From: the human T2T-CHM13v2.0 reference genome, Homo sapiens
DNA: 64,000 bases
Assembly (NCBI RefSeq): GCF_009914755.1
Contig: NC_060942.1
Strand: one strand, 5' to 3'
This document shows, piece by piece, positions 25,539 to 39,854 of the stretch. The notes beneath the pieces were generated by a model, which searched no databases, was not told the DNA's origin, and worked only from the letters and a program-made list of their open reading frames with translations. Both the position numbers and the translations under genes were made by a program. How positions within the stretch are numbered: position 1 is the first letter of the stretch; each line of letters starts with the position of its first letter.

Positions 25539-28500
25539 CCTGATGATGGCCGTATCTCTTCTTCAGTCAAGGCCATTAGCATGGGGCCTCCATTCAGTCT
25601 AGTCCGGAGTGGAGCTGTGTTAAGGTTTTGCTGGTGGTACCTTCAGCGTCCTGACTGTAGGTTTCAGCTTCCTTTTAGCTGTTTTTATCCTTTCATCAGT
25701 GCAGGAGCTGGTGTTCCAGCTGTTTTTCTCCGTGTTATTGGTTGGCTCCCAGCTTTCCACAGGCCCCGCATGCCTGTGTCTCAGAGGGCTCTCCTTCCAT
25801 GCTCGTGACCTTGCTTTTGGTCAGTGGCAGTTGGCGGTTGCTGTGCTAGATTCGTAGTTGAAGTAGGTAGGCCCTCTCAGGAAGGCCCTGAGTGCCTGAG
25901 CCTCGTGGATGGGGCCTTCTCAGAGTTCCTGCCCTTTTTCCTTGACACCTTTCCTCAGCCTCGTGTCTTTGTTGGTCTTGGGGAGGAGTTTCCTGCTTCT
26001 CCCCTAGCGGTAGCTGATACCTCACTTAAGTTTTTGGTCACAGGATGAATTCCTGCCCCGCCCCTGGGGTTAGAGGGTGTTTTCTTCTTCTGTTCTTCTC
26101 AAAGATGTAGTGGAACTGCCTTGTGTTCTGGAGCTGAGAGGCCTTCTTAGCTCTCCCCCAGAGACAGGTGGAGTGGCCTCCACCCCTCCCCCAGAGCAGT
26201 GTCTTTGCTTTTCCCTGGGGTTCGAGTGTGGTTGCCCTTCTCCTGCTGTGTGAGGCTTTTGCTTTATGGCAGAGAACTGCCTGTGGTAGCAGTTTGGCTT
26301 TGTGCCTGTTTCTGCATCCCAGAGGTGGATTATCTCAGTTTCCCCACATGCCCCAGTCTTTCTCATCTGTGCCAGTAGAGGTCTGGGCAAACAGCTGTTG
26401 ACTGAGTGCCCTGTACTGTGGTGCACGTCAGTTCACTGTTGGCTTTTAACAGTTTGTTACAATTTTAGCTGATTTCTTCCTATCCATTTGTGCAGTGGCT
26501 GCACTTTCCTCCGCCCAAGCTGACATGTACATGTATTTCTTCTCCCATTGGAAGACCTTGATTTTATTTAGACTTGAGTTTATGTGGTTGCTTTATGACC
26601 TCAGCTTTCTGATGGGCTCGAGAAAAGTTAGACTTTTGCAGATTATCCGACTCTTTCTCATTGTTAGCATGGGAGTGATATAGGTTTCTACATCTGAACA
26701 TGCATACATGATAATATGTTTCACTTTTATTTATTTCAAAACGTTTTCTAATTTTTGTAATTCTCTTTCTTGGATTATTTAAAAGTGTGTTTAACTGTTT
26801 TTATAGTGGGTGTCTGCTGGTAATTAATCTCAGCTTTTGTTTCTCTGAAAAATCACTACTTTCTCTTCAGTTTTGAAGGAAATTTTTGTTAAGAGTTCAA
26901 GGTTGAGAATTTGTATTTTCCTTAAATTTGTCCTATCATTTTCTTCTGTTCTCTATTACTTTATGAGAAGTCGTTTTGTTCCTCTGTATATATCATGTTT
27001 CTGTTCACTAAGATTTCTCCTTTTTAGTTGCTTTTCAGCAATTAGTATTTCGAAGTACCTTGGTTTGCTTTCTTCTGTGTTCATCGTGCTTGAGGTTTGT
27101 TAAATTTCTCTGATCTGTGGGTGGAATTTTTTCTCAAATTAAAAAAATTTCAGGTCATTATTTCTTCAGATTTTTTTCTGTTTACTACCCTATTTACCTG
27201 TCTCTAGCCCTTCTCTTCTGGAATTTCAGTTGTGTATATATTAGCCTGTTTGATATTGTCTCATAAGTTACTGATTCTGTGCTCATTTTGTTATCTTTCA
27301 GTTATTTTTTTAACTTTCTTTGTATATAGTGACTATTTTAAAGAATATGCTAATTCCATCATGGTATAATCTCTAAATTTATTTCAGTTGACTAAAGTAT
27401 ACTCTTGTTCATGGGTTACATTTCGTTGCTTGTTTGAATCTCTAGTAGTTATTGACTGGAGGTGGATATTGTGAATTTTGGGTTGTTCTGTGGTTCATTT
27501 TGTTGTCTTCCTTTAAAGAATGTTGGATTTTTTTCCTGGCAGTTATGTAAGTCACTTGAGAATTTTCTTGATCCTTTGGAGGTTTGTTTTTAAGTCTTTT
27601 AGAGCAAGTCTGGTGTAGACTTCACTCTAGGGATAGTTAAGCTCAATGTTAAGGTGTGACCGTTTCGTGTCTCTTCCGAAGTACTTCAGGTGTGTGAAGA
27701 AGAAGAATCATTCTGGCTGGTCAGAACTTGAAGATCACTTTATTTGATCTCTTGGAATTTGATCAATTCCAAGAGATATAGCTCCCTTTATTAATTTTTT
27801 TTTCTTCTTTTTTTCTTTTTCCTGGCTCCAAGGAGTTTCACCTCATGTATGCATGACTTAGTATGCAGCCAAGGATTCATAGAGTCTCCTATTGTGAGTG
27901 TTGGAGCTGTTTGTTTGGGCAGCTCACTCCTTTCTCATTCTCTGAACACCAAGTTCCAACTGATTCATTTTTGTCACATGTAGTAGGTGATACACTGTGC
28001 TCTGGCATGGGTCCCTGCACTGTGCTCCTGGGATACATTCAGGGTTGCCACAGGGCTCATCTCCCTTGTTTATCTTCTTCTCGTCCTATTCTGTGCATTG
28101 TTCAATTTCTGAAAATAGTTGTTTGCTGTATTTTGTCCAGTTTTCTGGTGGCTTACAGTGGGCCCTAGTTCTCATGACTGGAAGCTTACCTGTATACTTT
28201 GTAATTTCTGTACCTATTTCAGTCTGTATTTTCATTTGATAATCAAAAGTATTTTATCATACTATAGAGTTATACAATTCTGTATAATGGTATTTCATAT
28301 ATTCTAAATAATATATGACACTGATCTATTATTGTTATTCTCACTTTAGAGGGGATAAACCTGAGATAGTGAAGGAAGCCATATGAATTTGGTTTCTGGT
28401 CTGCAGTATACTTCAGCAACTCTGATTTCCTTTTGAAATTCTTTTTTATGGTTTTTATAAGAAGTTACAGAAGTTGACATCAGAGTTACTTGCCATCTTG

Positions 28501-29987
28501 AGCTATTGTTGATTCTTCTTTGTCTTCTTTGTCAGATTGCTTATAAGGATTGCTCTTGGATAAGCGATATGGAAGATTTAGAAAAAAAATAAGTATCAAT
28601 ATATGTTGCTGAAATTAGCTGTTTTTTGTGCCTCCTGCATAACATCTATGCCTTTGGACTTTGAGGGAAGGTCTCATTGTTTCTTGATGGGGTGCAATAC
28701 CCTGCTTCGTTCTTCTAGTAGTCAGGATACGAGCATGTGGCTTGTTAGAACAAGTGCTAAAAATACACTCTGGTGACAATAGCGTTCTGGTTAATGTGCA
28801 CCAGCTAAGACTATTTTTTTTTCCTTCTTCATTCTTCCAAGCTGTTTTGTTCTAGCATTTTTTATTTTTTATTTTTTTGGCCTGATAGCACAGCCTTTTC
28901 CTGATTTAAAGAAAAAAAAAAAAAGCCCTTGATGTCTTCTTCTGTATATGATATCCCAATTGGCTTTCCATTCCTTACACCTAACAACCACCTATGTGGT
29001 AGAAGGAATGTCTGATTTGGAACTAGGATCAGTAGTTATCTAGTTACATATATGTATAGATGTATTCATCAGGTCTTCTCTTAGCCTTCACGAAAACACA
29101 CTTTTCCCCTTTCTTCCCCATGATTTTGTTCTAAGCGTGTTCATCTGTTCTCCGTTTGTGATTGGTTACCTAGTTTGTGAAACAGAGATACAGTAATTTT
29201 TCTGTGTCTACATTGTTGGCATGCTTTACAAGCATTTAAAAGAAGAGATCTACATAAATATATTATGAGACTACGGTGTAGTGTTTCTTTTAAGTTGATG
29301 GAAAGATGGTCTTCCAGTCAGGATTTCCTTTAAGGTTAGGTTTTTGGTTAGGGTATTTGGTGTTACATGGGAACTGTGCTGCTAGATCATTACTGGCTAG
29401 TTTTCCTGGAGAATAGAGTGCTTCGGATTATGACTTACACGACTTTACAGTCCAATCACTGTAAGGACTGCTGTTCAGAAACAATTGCTGTGGTTCTCCT
29501 AGAGCACATCTCCAAGAACGAAAATCTAGGTGGACACAACGTGTGCTGGCTGTTGGAGTGGTGATGAGAATAGAGCCCTTGACAGGGAGAGTGGAGCAGA
29601 GGTCTGTTAGCTTGTTACTTTTGGTAGTTTCAAAAATTAAACTCCAAAAATAATTTATTTTTTCCTGTTCTCCCAAATTATGTGATCATATAAAGTCAAA
29701 TAATAAACAAATGCATACTTTGGAACATGAAAGTTTCCTGTTCTCCAGAGAAAATCACTCTAATGTAACCAGTTTTCCTTCCTGACAATGCTGCCAGGCA
29801 TGCTGGATCTAAGTGTTGAAAATATTACTTAGCAAAATAATGGAAATTTAGATGCAAAGCTGTTCTATTCGGAGCAATGACTGTATTATAGTTCTGCTTC
29901 TGGCTGTGAAACCATTGATCTTAAGATGCCTCCACGGAACTTTTCTTAGAGGTTCTGTTTCCCAACAAATATATCATAGGGTTATAA

Positions 29988-30065
29988 TGTGTGTGTGTGT
30001 GTGTTTGTGTGTTCACATACATACATAGACAAATACACATACACATGAATGTATGTATGTATGTA
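29988..30065. repeat. Compound microsatellite (TG)n / (CATA)n / (TGTA)n
   Basis: Read directly from the sequence. Confidence 0.9.
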
Positions 30066-31769
30066 TTTTATTTTATCAAAACTGGCAGTGGGTGCTGATG
30101 AGAGGCTTTGCAATGTGGTAGTAATATGGAAACTGGTACATCATGGATGCTCTTGCTTCCTGGTAATGATGACAGCCAAACATCTACAAGGCTGCAAGGT
30201 AGTTTGGAGGCAGGCTGTGATATTACAAGCATCCTTCACAGACCTTTTTTGTTAAGTTTTTCTAATCTCATCATATGGAGGTTGGCACATAAAAAACAAA
30301 TAAAAACACAGTTAGAAAACATCATATTGAATAAAATAACAACCTGCAAAGTTTATTAAAATATGCTTAAAATTTTTTAGAAGGTCTCCAAATGATAAGG
30401 CATAACACTGTTGATTGCTGCTTTGGAGAGCTTTGTCCTGAGAGGCAGCTAAACAGTAGAGCCATTCAGTGTAGCACTTACTGTAATAATAACTTTACAA
30501 TCTTAATTGGACCTCTCTCCAAACTCATAACTTGACATGGACGTTTGCATTTCCCTCATCAACCTTCTTGATTCTTCTCCATTCACATTAGCTTTTTCAT
30601 TTTCTATTAGGTGGGCAATGTTGTATTTCCTCCTGTGCTCCTATGAGGAGAATATATATCCTTTGGCACATATGCTAGTATGGGTCCCCCTAGTTTCCAA
30701 AGAAAAATAAAATACAAATTAGCTTTTAATATAAGTATGATAGTCCAAAATAGCTGCATTCTTTTTTAACTAAAATTTGAGAGACTGCTTTATAGAGAAA
30801 GTGATTTCATTGTACTTTCATATTCAGGCCTTCAGTTTTCCAGGCATTGTCTCTGAGCTTAAATTATTTAAATTTTAATGTCAAATTTAACATGGCTGTT
30901 CGTTTTATAGAATATAAACGTTATGATTGCTTTCATATTTGAGATCATAGAGAAATCATATAATACATGCCAGTGTCATGTATTTGTGCCATAGAATTGT
31001 TTTATATATACTATGTTTACTGGCTAACATTTAAGCAGAAAGCACATCTTGAAAAAAACCTACTTAATTAAAAATTAAATGATGAATTAAAACTTAGATT
31101 ATTCAAAACTAATAAGCTACATTACCAAGACCAGCAATTAATACACTACAATATATTCAGGAAAGATGCTAACATTTTAACATTTGTTTTATGTTAGAAT
31201 TGCAATTTGCAGTGCATGCTGTTTTGAAACATTTATTTTGAAGAGCTCAGCATGTCTGAGTTAAGGCATAAATCAATGACCTAGGATTTTTAATGGTTAT
31301 AGAATTTATCATAGATTATAATTCTCGAGAATACAAACAGCACAGAAGAAAAAATCCAATTGTTTTTAAATCAGTGGCAACATCATATCAGCATATTTGA
31401 TTACATTTATTCATTGTAATGTGCAGGTCAACAGTGCAGAGATGCATTCAATTGACATCATCCTAAAAGCGATCTATTATTTTATTTGATAAGATTGTTT
31501 TTCCTTTGTTCATGCATAATGGATATAAATCATAATCCTGACAGTTACCAAGGGTTTGAACTTCAGGGACTTTCTACAAATGAATATTAACTAAAACTAA
31601 GGACTTCTGCAGTTAAGAAAATATGAGCCATTTAGAAACATTCTATCTAGTGATTCAATAAAGCAGAACTTTAAGTGTACATTTTATTTTAAGATGGACA
31701 TATCAACATCTAGACTTATAACCAGCATAGCTGAGTTAGTCATTTGTCTCTCACCTGATGGTTCATACC

Positions 31770-31837
31770 GTTGTCCTTCTGAGCTGGTTGTATGTATAAT
31801 GAGCTGTTGTCCTTCTGAGCTGGTTATATGTATTATG
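31770..31837 (+). repeat. 36-bp tandem duplication (~1.9 copies)
   Basis: gttgtccttctgagctggtt(g/a)tatgtat(a/t)atg begins at 31770 and at 31806. Confidence 0.92.
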
Positions 31838-34268
31838 TGTGTATGTTTGATGTTTGCATCTTTTAGACTGAGCAATCTCTGATGTTTGATAGGAGTACTC
31901 CGTATGTGTGTGGGAGTGAGGGGAACCTTCCCAGGTCACCCTCTCTCATTAATCCTTGCAGGGGACATTCATGGTGTGTCAGGTGTTGAGCTCTTTGCTC
32001 CACACTCAGCATACAAAGAACAAAAAGGCTCATTGGGCCTTTACCCTCAAGAACATATGATTTTAGTAGAGAAAGATGTAAACTGAGAATTGTAGCATAG
32101 TATGGTGAGATTATTCCTGGAAACATGCCCAAAGTTTCTTGAGGTCACAGAGGTAGCACCTGAGTAGCCGGGGGAGGTATAAGTTGGGAAAGAGTATACT
32201 CACTGGGCCATTAATGCTCTTAATTTGTTCCCCTCTTATTTCCTCCCCCAAGCAAACAAAGAAATAATAAATACCAATATTTAGAGGAATTGGCCATTTC
32301 CATAGTATAAAATAATTTTTGGAAAAATTCGAATTTGTTGTTTTTGGTAGTGTGCCCTTTAAAAAGAGATTTTCTCTAATCGAAAAGCAGTGAAGAACAC
32401 CTAGCATTCCCTTCTCTCTGCTTTCATCCCTTCCCGCTCTCTCTCCTTTCCCAGGTTTTTTCTGATCATTTATTAACCAATTTTTTTTAACGTTCTGGCA
32501 CTGCTCACATTTCAAATATCTTTGGGTCCAATTTCCTGTGAGTAAACAAATATTTTCTTCTGTATTTCATTGCAAAGATAAGATCTGCTATGGACACACT
32601 TCAGTGCAAAGTGAGCAGATATGCAGGGATGCCTCCAGGAAACATGATGATATATGCTTTTCCTGGTACAGGTTTTGTTTTTATCCTCATTTTTATGAAA
32701 ACATTCTTGTCAATGATAAAAGTTGGTTTTCTGTGTTATTAAAAAACCCAGAATTTAGGGGAGTGCTGGGGTCTGATAACTGAAGGGTACTTGCGTATGG
32801 GAGCCCAGAGTAGCTATTTTGGAGAAGATAGTTGTAACCTGAGCTGTGTCTAAGGGATTTTAGACAGTTTTGAGACTTTAAAAATGTCTCCTGGTACCGG
32901 TGTTGGAGTGACCAGTTTCATTTGTTGGCAGAGGAGTGGAGAATTAGGGAGGTACACAAGGATGAGGCGAGCTACTCCAGTGAGTATTTTACAAGTTAAT
33001 CCTTACTGTCCTGCTTGCTGGCCTTGGTCCTTAATTTGCTAGATTTGGACAAATCTAAGCAGACATTTTCCATTTGTTTTATAGGTTTATGTTGAATCGT
33101 TTTCCTGTTTTGTGTGGGATTTTCTACAGTTAAAATATTAAAAGGAATATTAAATCATACTTTAAGTAATAGGTCCAGTAGTATGACATAGATTTTCTAA
33201 CATCTTTGTAATACTTATTTTATTGAAAAACTAGAAATAATTTGTGAGAGTTGGTTCTCTGGAGACAAAATTATATGCACATGTTTCTCTTAGTAAATTA
33301 AAGTTGCCCCTAAAATGTGAGTTTGTATTACTTAAATGATCATTGCCCTTGACATTTACAATAAGATTAGTGCTGTGTTCCCATAGCATAAATATGGTTA
33401 CCATGCTTAAAAAAACACTTCAAACTTGTAAACTTATTTATACTTTACAGTCAGTTCTTTTCCTAAGGACATTTGGATAGTAAACTATGTTTCGTTGAAT
33501 GGAAAATATTTTGTTCTACTTTGTGAGGTTTATTAAATTTAATATTCTGCTATTTTCTAAATCCTCAAATTATCGCAGAGGGAGGGTCCATGTGAAGTAA
33601 GTTTTAAAATACATTAGTATACCTACATTTGAAACCTTTCACTTTCTTCGGAGAAAGTTCTAGATAAAGCCACCTAACTAGTTTACGGTGAGCAGTTTCT
33701 ACACTGCCACTTATTTGGCATTTTCTTTAGGTCAAGACTGTCTTTACTGCTTTCTAATAAGATGGTAGAAAGCTGCTGAACATGTGCTTTTCGCAAAGAG
33801 TATCAGAGGTGTGATGTCACTGCATGGTGATGCCAGCACTTTGCACTTTCCTCCATCAAGGGCAGGTGGAGCTAACTTTATTATTTCATTTCCTCTAGTC
33901 TTCTCCTCAGTTCTCTCTCCCTTGATCCCCACCTCCCCCCAATTCTAGATCTCAGCTATAATTTCTCGATTAAAGTTCATTCTTCTCAGCCTTAACTTTA
34001 TTCTATAAAATAGTTTCTGTGATGACAGAGGAGACTTAGTCCCCAAACTCTGTTAGTTTACAGTGGTAGAGATACTCATTTTAGGAGAGGAGAGAAGTAT
34101 AATTGGGACCAAATGTAAATGTTTTTTGTCTAGGAGTTTAGCCTTGGTCATCTTAAAGATGAAAGTACTGGTTTGCTTCTGGAACCTGTTCTTTTTTCCA
34201 TTAAGATTCATCTGTCAAACATTGGAGCGTATTTATTAGTATTCCGGTGGTACCAGACATTTAGTGGG

Positions 34269-34624
34269 AGCTCTGGACTGAATTGTGTCCCTGAAAAATT
34301 TGTAAGTTGAATTCTTAATTACCAAACGTGACAGTATTTGGAGATAGGGCCTATAGGGGGTAGTTAAGGTTAAATGAGATCTTAAGGGTGGGGTCCTCAT
34401 ACTGTAGAATAAAGACAACAGACAGCTGTCTCTCTCCTCCTCCGCATGCACACTTGTCCTCACATGGCAGAGAGACCAGGGTTCCAGCATAGTTGGGTTC
34501 TGGTGAAGGCTCGCCCAGGCTTGCAGATGGTGGTCTGGCTCCAGAGCTGTGAGAGTGTTAGCTTCTGTTGTCTGAGGCTCCAGGCTGTGGTGTTCTGTTA
34601 GGGCAGCCCGAGCAGACTGAGACA
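34269..34624 (+). mobile_element. MLT1A/B-like solo LTR
   Basis: tggactgaattgtgtccc...gtatttggagatagggcct...ttaaggttaaatgag...gcagcccgagcagactgagaca. Confidence 0.85.
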
Positions 34625-36254
34625 GTAGGCAATTATCACCTGTGCTGTTTGGCACCAAAACTAGCTTGCCCCTTGGATCAGTGTGTTGAGCATCTCATCG
34701 CAAAGAAATAACTATTATTGCAAACTGTGAGTTAGCAACTTCTTTCAAAGATTGGTCATCCTGTGATGTTTTTATTTTCCTTTATGTAATATTTCCGACT
34801 ACCTATAAGTTTAGCTCTGGAGTTGAATTCTGTGTTTCATGCTATGTATGTATACCATAGACAGACAGGCACAAGTCATAAGGCACCTGGGATCAAGAAA
34901 CAAACGAGTACCAGAAAGCTTCTCTTGCTTCCTTCTGGTAATCACCGAGGCCTCACTTCCCCCAACTACCATGGAAGGTAACTATTACAGTTAATTTTTT
35001 ATTCAACAGTTTTGACATTGGTTGTATTTCTTCCACATGATGGTTTTTGAATTGAATCTAATCTCAGACCCTGATTTTTGCCTCTTAAAATATTTTTTTC
35101 TTTCATTCTAGCTGCTTTTATATTCTTGGCCTTTGAACTGTTAATAATTTAGGCTCGCCCTGTCACCCCTTCCCCCAACATGCAGTTTGTGCATTGCATT
35201 GTAAAGAGAGACTATTTTACAGATTTTAGGAAATCGATTTCATAAGCCCTTATAAATAAATAAAATGTTTGCATCAGCTTTATTTTGTGAATCTTGAATT
35301 TCAAACTTAAAAGTAGAGTTTGTGGTTTAATTTGCTTATGTTTTAGCTTGGTATGCACATAGTGCTCTGTGGGGTGCCATTTCAGCTACCATTATTATAC
35401 TGAAAATATCTATAACGGAGACATGCCTGCGAATATTCTATTTTTGAATGCTCTTCTAATGAGGTATTAGATCAGAGGTGGCATTACATTTTGGAGGGGC
35501 TGCTGATAACTGCAGTTTGTATATTATAATATTACATTGCCTTTTCAGTTGGTACCCACTGATAATGACAGTAGCTCACGGTCAAGAAGGAATCTTAGTT
35601 CTGAGTTAAGATATGGGATGAGAAGGATGTATGTGTTTTATTCATGCACGGGTCAGTTTTTCCAATCAAGTACACTTTTGGTGTTTACAATGGAAGTTAC
35701 CCAAAATATATAATTTAATAGGGAAGTAATTCATCTTTTATACAATAGCTGAAGAATATTGACATTTATAAAGTGAGATAAATATATATGATTATCAGTG
35801 TTTATACTGAAAAACACATATTACAGTATTATCAGTATTTTTCTAAATATAGATATTTTACTGATTCTTCTAATATAGTGAATATTCTGCTTTGAGTAGA
35901 AAAAGACTGTAAGGCATGTGGATATTTTTGAAAATATTAAATATTTTGAGTTCTAAATTGAGATACATTTAGTTCTTCTATGCATTGTTTCCAGTGCATG
36001 TAAATGAGTTTTATATATTGGTTAAATGGTTTATCAATCAGAAGCAGCATAGCATATACTCACATTTATTTATATATAAATACATATTTCCCTATAAACA
36101 TTGATATGCATACGTATATTCAGGCACACATAGATACATGTACATATACACTGATACATAGACATGTACATGGGTATATTACAAGCAGTTGGCTATACGC
36201 AGTTGTATCTGTTGGTCAAGCAGTCTTTCTAAGACTATTTTAAATGCATGGGAA

Positions 36255-36671
36255 GAGGAGATATTTGGAACACAGGGCAAGAACAAGACCAAGTGGAACC
36301 CACAAGCATGACCTGGAGCCGATGAACATGGGCAGAAACCCATGTCTGTTCTTACTGCTTCAGACCCTGATGGTATAGGTTTCCATAGAATTTGGGGCTC
36401 TTCTTCCAGGAGCATAACTTACACATGCCTGGTCTAGTGGTTGGAGAAACTCCTGATGGAGGTGGAGCAGTTGCAGGGCTAGCCCCTGCTCACCCAAATG
36501 AGGTGACTCAGCAGAGAGGCGAGGTGGTGTGAGAGCTACAAGTGACTGCTGCTTGTAGCAGCCTTCTTCATTTCTCACAAGAACCTGCCTCATGTCCCAC
36601 CCAACTAGATGTGTAAGGAAAGAGAATTCTGAGAAATGTAGTTCACAGCCTAGATGAGACGACCCATTACA
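36255..36671 (-). mobile_element. ERVL LTR, MLT2E/F-like
   Basis: The reverse complement begins tgtaatggg...ctaggctgtgaactacatttctcagaattctctttcc, similar to old MLT2 5' ends. Confidence 0.45.
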
Positions 36672-36693
36672 GAGCTACCACAGAGAGTTTTAG

Positions 36694-37143
<450 letters not shown>

Positions 37144-39854
37144 TGATCTACTAACAGAAATCCCCAGACTCTTTCTAAATATACAGTTTTGTTGATTAAT
37201 TAATCATTTAATATTCTTAGGTAAGTTGAGATATGAGGTGGTAAATGTCAATTTGTGCAATTTCTTTACATCATCAAAATTATTATAATATTTTTGTTGG
37301 ACCACTGGAAGGATCTCTTTTTTTTTATTTTTTATTTTTTTGCATCTCACAGATAGTCATTCATGTCATGAAGTTAATGACATAGAAGTACAGTAATGTT
37401 CCATATTCTCATCTTACATGTAAGGGACACCGACATTTCATCTCATGTGTCCTCCAAGTAAATCTGGTCAGGCATGGCCATGAGGAGGCACAGACCCATA
37501 GCTTTCTTCTTCTGTCAGCACTTCTGATTTTGTAAATGATGAAGCTCATCAGCTCCATTCCTCCCTAAATCTTCTGGTAAACCAGGCCATCGCTGCGCTT
37601 CGTGGGCTTCCACACATTTTCAGTAATTCTTCGAAGCATCTTGGCACAGGACATGGTGCAGGCTACATCAGGGTCCCATAGCCAACAACTAGGGATCTCT
37701 TTTATAGAGCACTTCACTCAATCAGGACGTGCTGTTAAACAGGATATAATGAAATACAGGTACAACGGGGAAAATGAAGGGAAAAAGGCCGGTTCAGTAG
37801 AGTTTAACTGTAACTATCAGGTCTGTGGAGCTTGACACAGATCTGGGCTCATGGCGAGAGGGACCTATAGAGAGTTGATAGATCAGTTTTCTTTTTAATA
37901 CATCACCTCAGTAAAGTTTGCAGGTTTATAACTTCATAAATAAATGGTTCTTTTATTCTCTTAAAAAATAGGTTATCACAATTTAATACTAAAACAATGT
38001 CGGCATGGAAATCATTTACATAAATGACATCTTGATGGGAAGCATAAGTTTGAATTTTGTCGCTTAAGTTGCGTGCTCTTTGCATTAGTAGCTTTAGCAA
38101 GATGTTTTCTTGCATTAGAAACACTTAGTGTTTCTGCAATAAGTGTCTTGGTGTTTTTTAGAGACAGTGAGGGAAAGGGATGGGTGTTGGCATGGTACTA
38201 GTGAGTAGCAGATAACACCCATACTATCATGTATTGAGCCTTGGCTCCTAACAGCAAAGAAGGCAGAAATATGTCTCATTAATAGTAGGCTTGTATGCTT
38301 TTACATGAAGATTCGGTTTCTCTTTATCCCACATAGACCCCAGTATTAGGATTAGAAGAGTGACCCTTCCCTAGTTGCATTTTAGTATTGTCTAAATATC
38401 ATTGCATTTAATATCTGAAATATATTCTGCTCAAGTTATGCCTTGCTGAGTTTCTTCCACAGGAGGTTAATGGAGGATTGATAAATATAGACATGGTGTT
38501 TTGACTTGAGAAAAATACATTTTTTTTTTTAAACCAGAAAGTCCAACAGGCTGATAAGGTACCCTTGAATTAAGCTCAGGGAAGGTAGGTAGATTTCACT
38601 TTTTGTCTGCTTCTACTTGTTGAGGTGACTGAGTAGAGACTGTTGAGAGAGATTCTGAGGCTGCCTGTGATGTCATGGGGACAAAAGCCCACGATAAATC
38701 AGTGGCAGCATGCACACTGACTGGCCATCTCTGATTTGGTTGAATAGGACTGTCTTTGGAAATTTGATGAAAATGCTGAATTGTGCAGATGCTGTTTATT
38801 CTAGAATGGCTCCTTAAACTTATTAGATGCCTTAAAACAACTTATTCAGATAGATAATAATTGTAATTAAAACGTCTTGTACCTCTATTCCACATCTATA
38901 GCTTTATGAATATGTATTGGTAGATTAGACTTTTTGAATATAGCTCGCTCTATTTTGAATGTAGTTTGTTTATAAAAAACATTTTTTTAGTGTAGCAAAA
39001 CTCAGAATTTATGTTGATGAAATTGGATTTTTTGTCCTTTATTAACGATTAAATAAGTAGGGATATATTTAAAAATTAATAGCATGTGTCTTGTAAATAG
39101 AAAACAAATACTGGACATTTTTGACAATATGAAAATTAAAAGAAACAGGTTAAATAAGGTCTTGGTGTGAGATGTGAACTTTCTTTTGCAGGTGAGAACA
39201 AACTATGCATATAAAATACGAAACTATGGTTACTATGTATAGATCAAAGAGCGGTCTACATTGTATCCTAGTACTCTATTTGCACTGAATTGTCTATGAG
39301 CCAGTGTCCTTGTCAGCTACTAAAGATCATTTTCTGTTTTCCTTTTTCAACTAAAGATTAGGGCTGAAGTAGAGCCAAGTATCTCATTCTATTTCCTTCT
39401 CCACTGTCTCTTCCCCCTTCTTAAGGGTATTCATATACATATCAGTGCACTGTGGTTAGTCATTGTCATGGAAGTTTTGGATATGGTGTGAGATGGTAAT
39501 ATGTTGACAATGAATTATGCAAAAATGAGAATTCTACCGCAAAAATTCTTTAATTTCAAATTGTTGCAGAATTTTTATAGGATTCTTCACCTTTTTCATT
39601 CTAGTTCACTGTCTTTTCTGCTATTTACTAGACTTTTGTTCAAAGCTTTCACTTTTGTTTTGGAAAAAACAGGAATCGCTTTTATTATTGTTCTTTGAGA
39701 AATGTTGTATTCATTGTTCACCTATCTGTAATAAACTCTTAGAATTAACTGCAATTGACAATGATTGCCTTAAATCCTGGTGGGTGGGATGATCCATGTT
39801 ACCTGGATTTGGTCAGATGGGAATAATGTGTATTACCCCATGAATTTGGATGCT

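Larger units (their letters stand above)
24800..28170 (-). mobile_element. Patchwork of old L1M fragments (ORF2, ORF1 and 5'UTR)
   Basis: ttattgatcttttcaaataactagcttttggcttcattg; gacctcagctttctgatgggctcgagaaaagtt (L1M 5' end); ctgctggtaattaatctcagcttttgtttctctgaaaa. Confidence 0.65.

Noticed and set aside
30592-30616. Strong pyrimidine tract with TAG|GTGGGC as a recursive site
   Set aside because: The donor half is weak, and similar AG|GT juxtapositions (6460, 33730, 43890) are expected by chance in T-rich introns.
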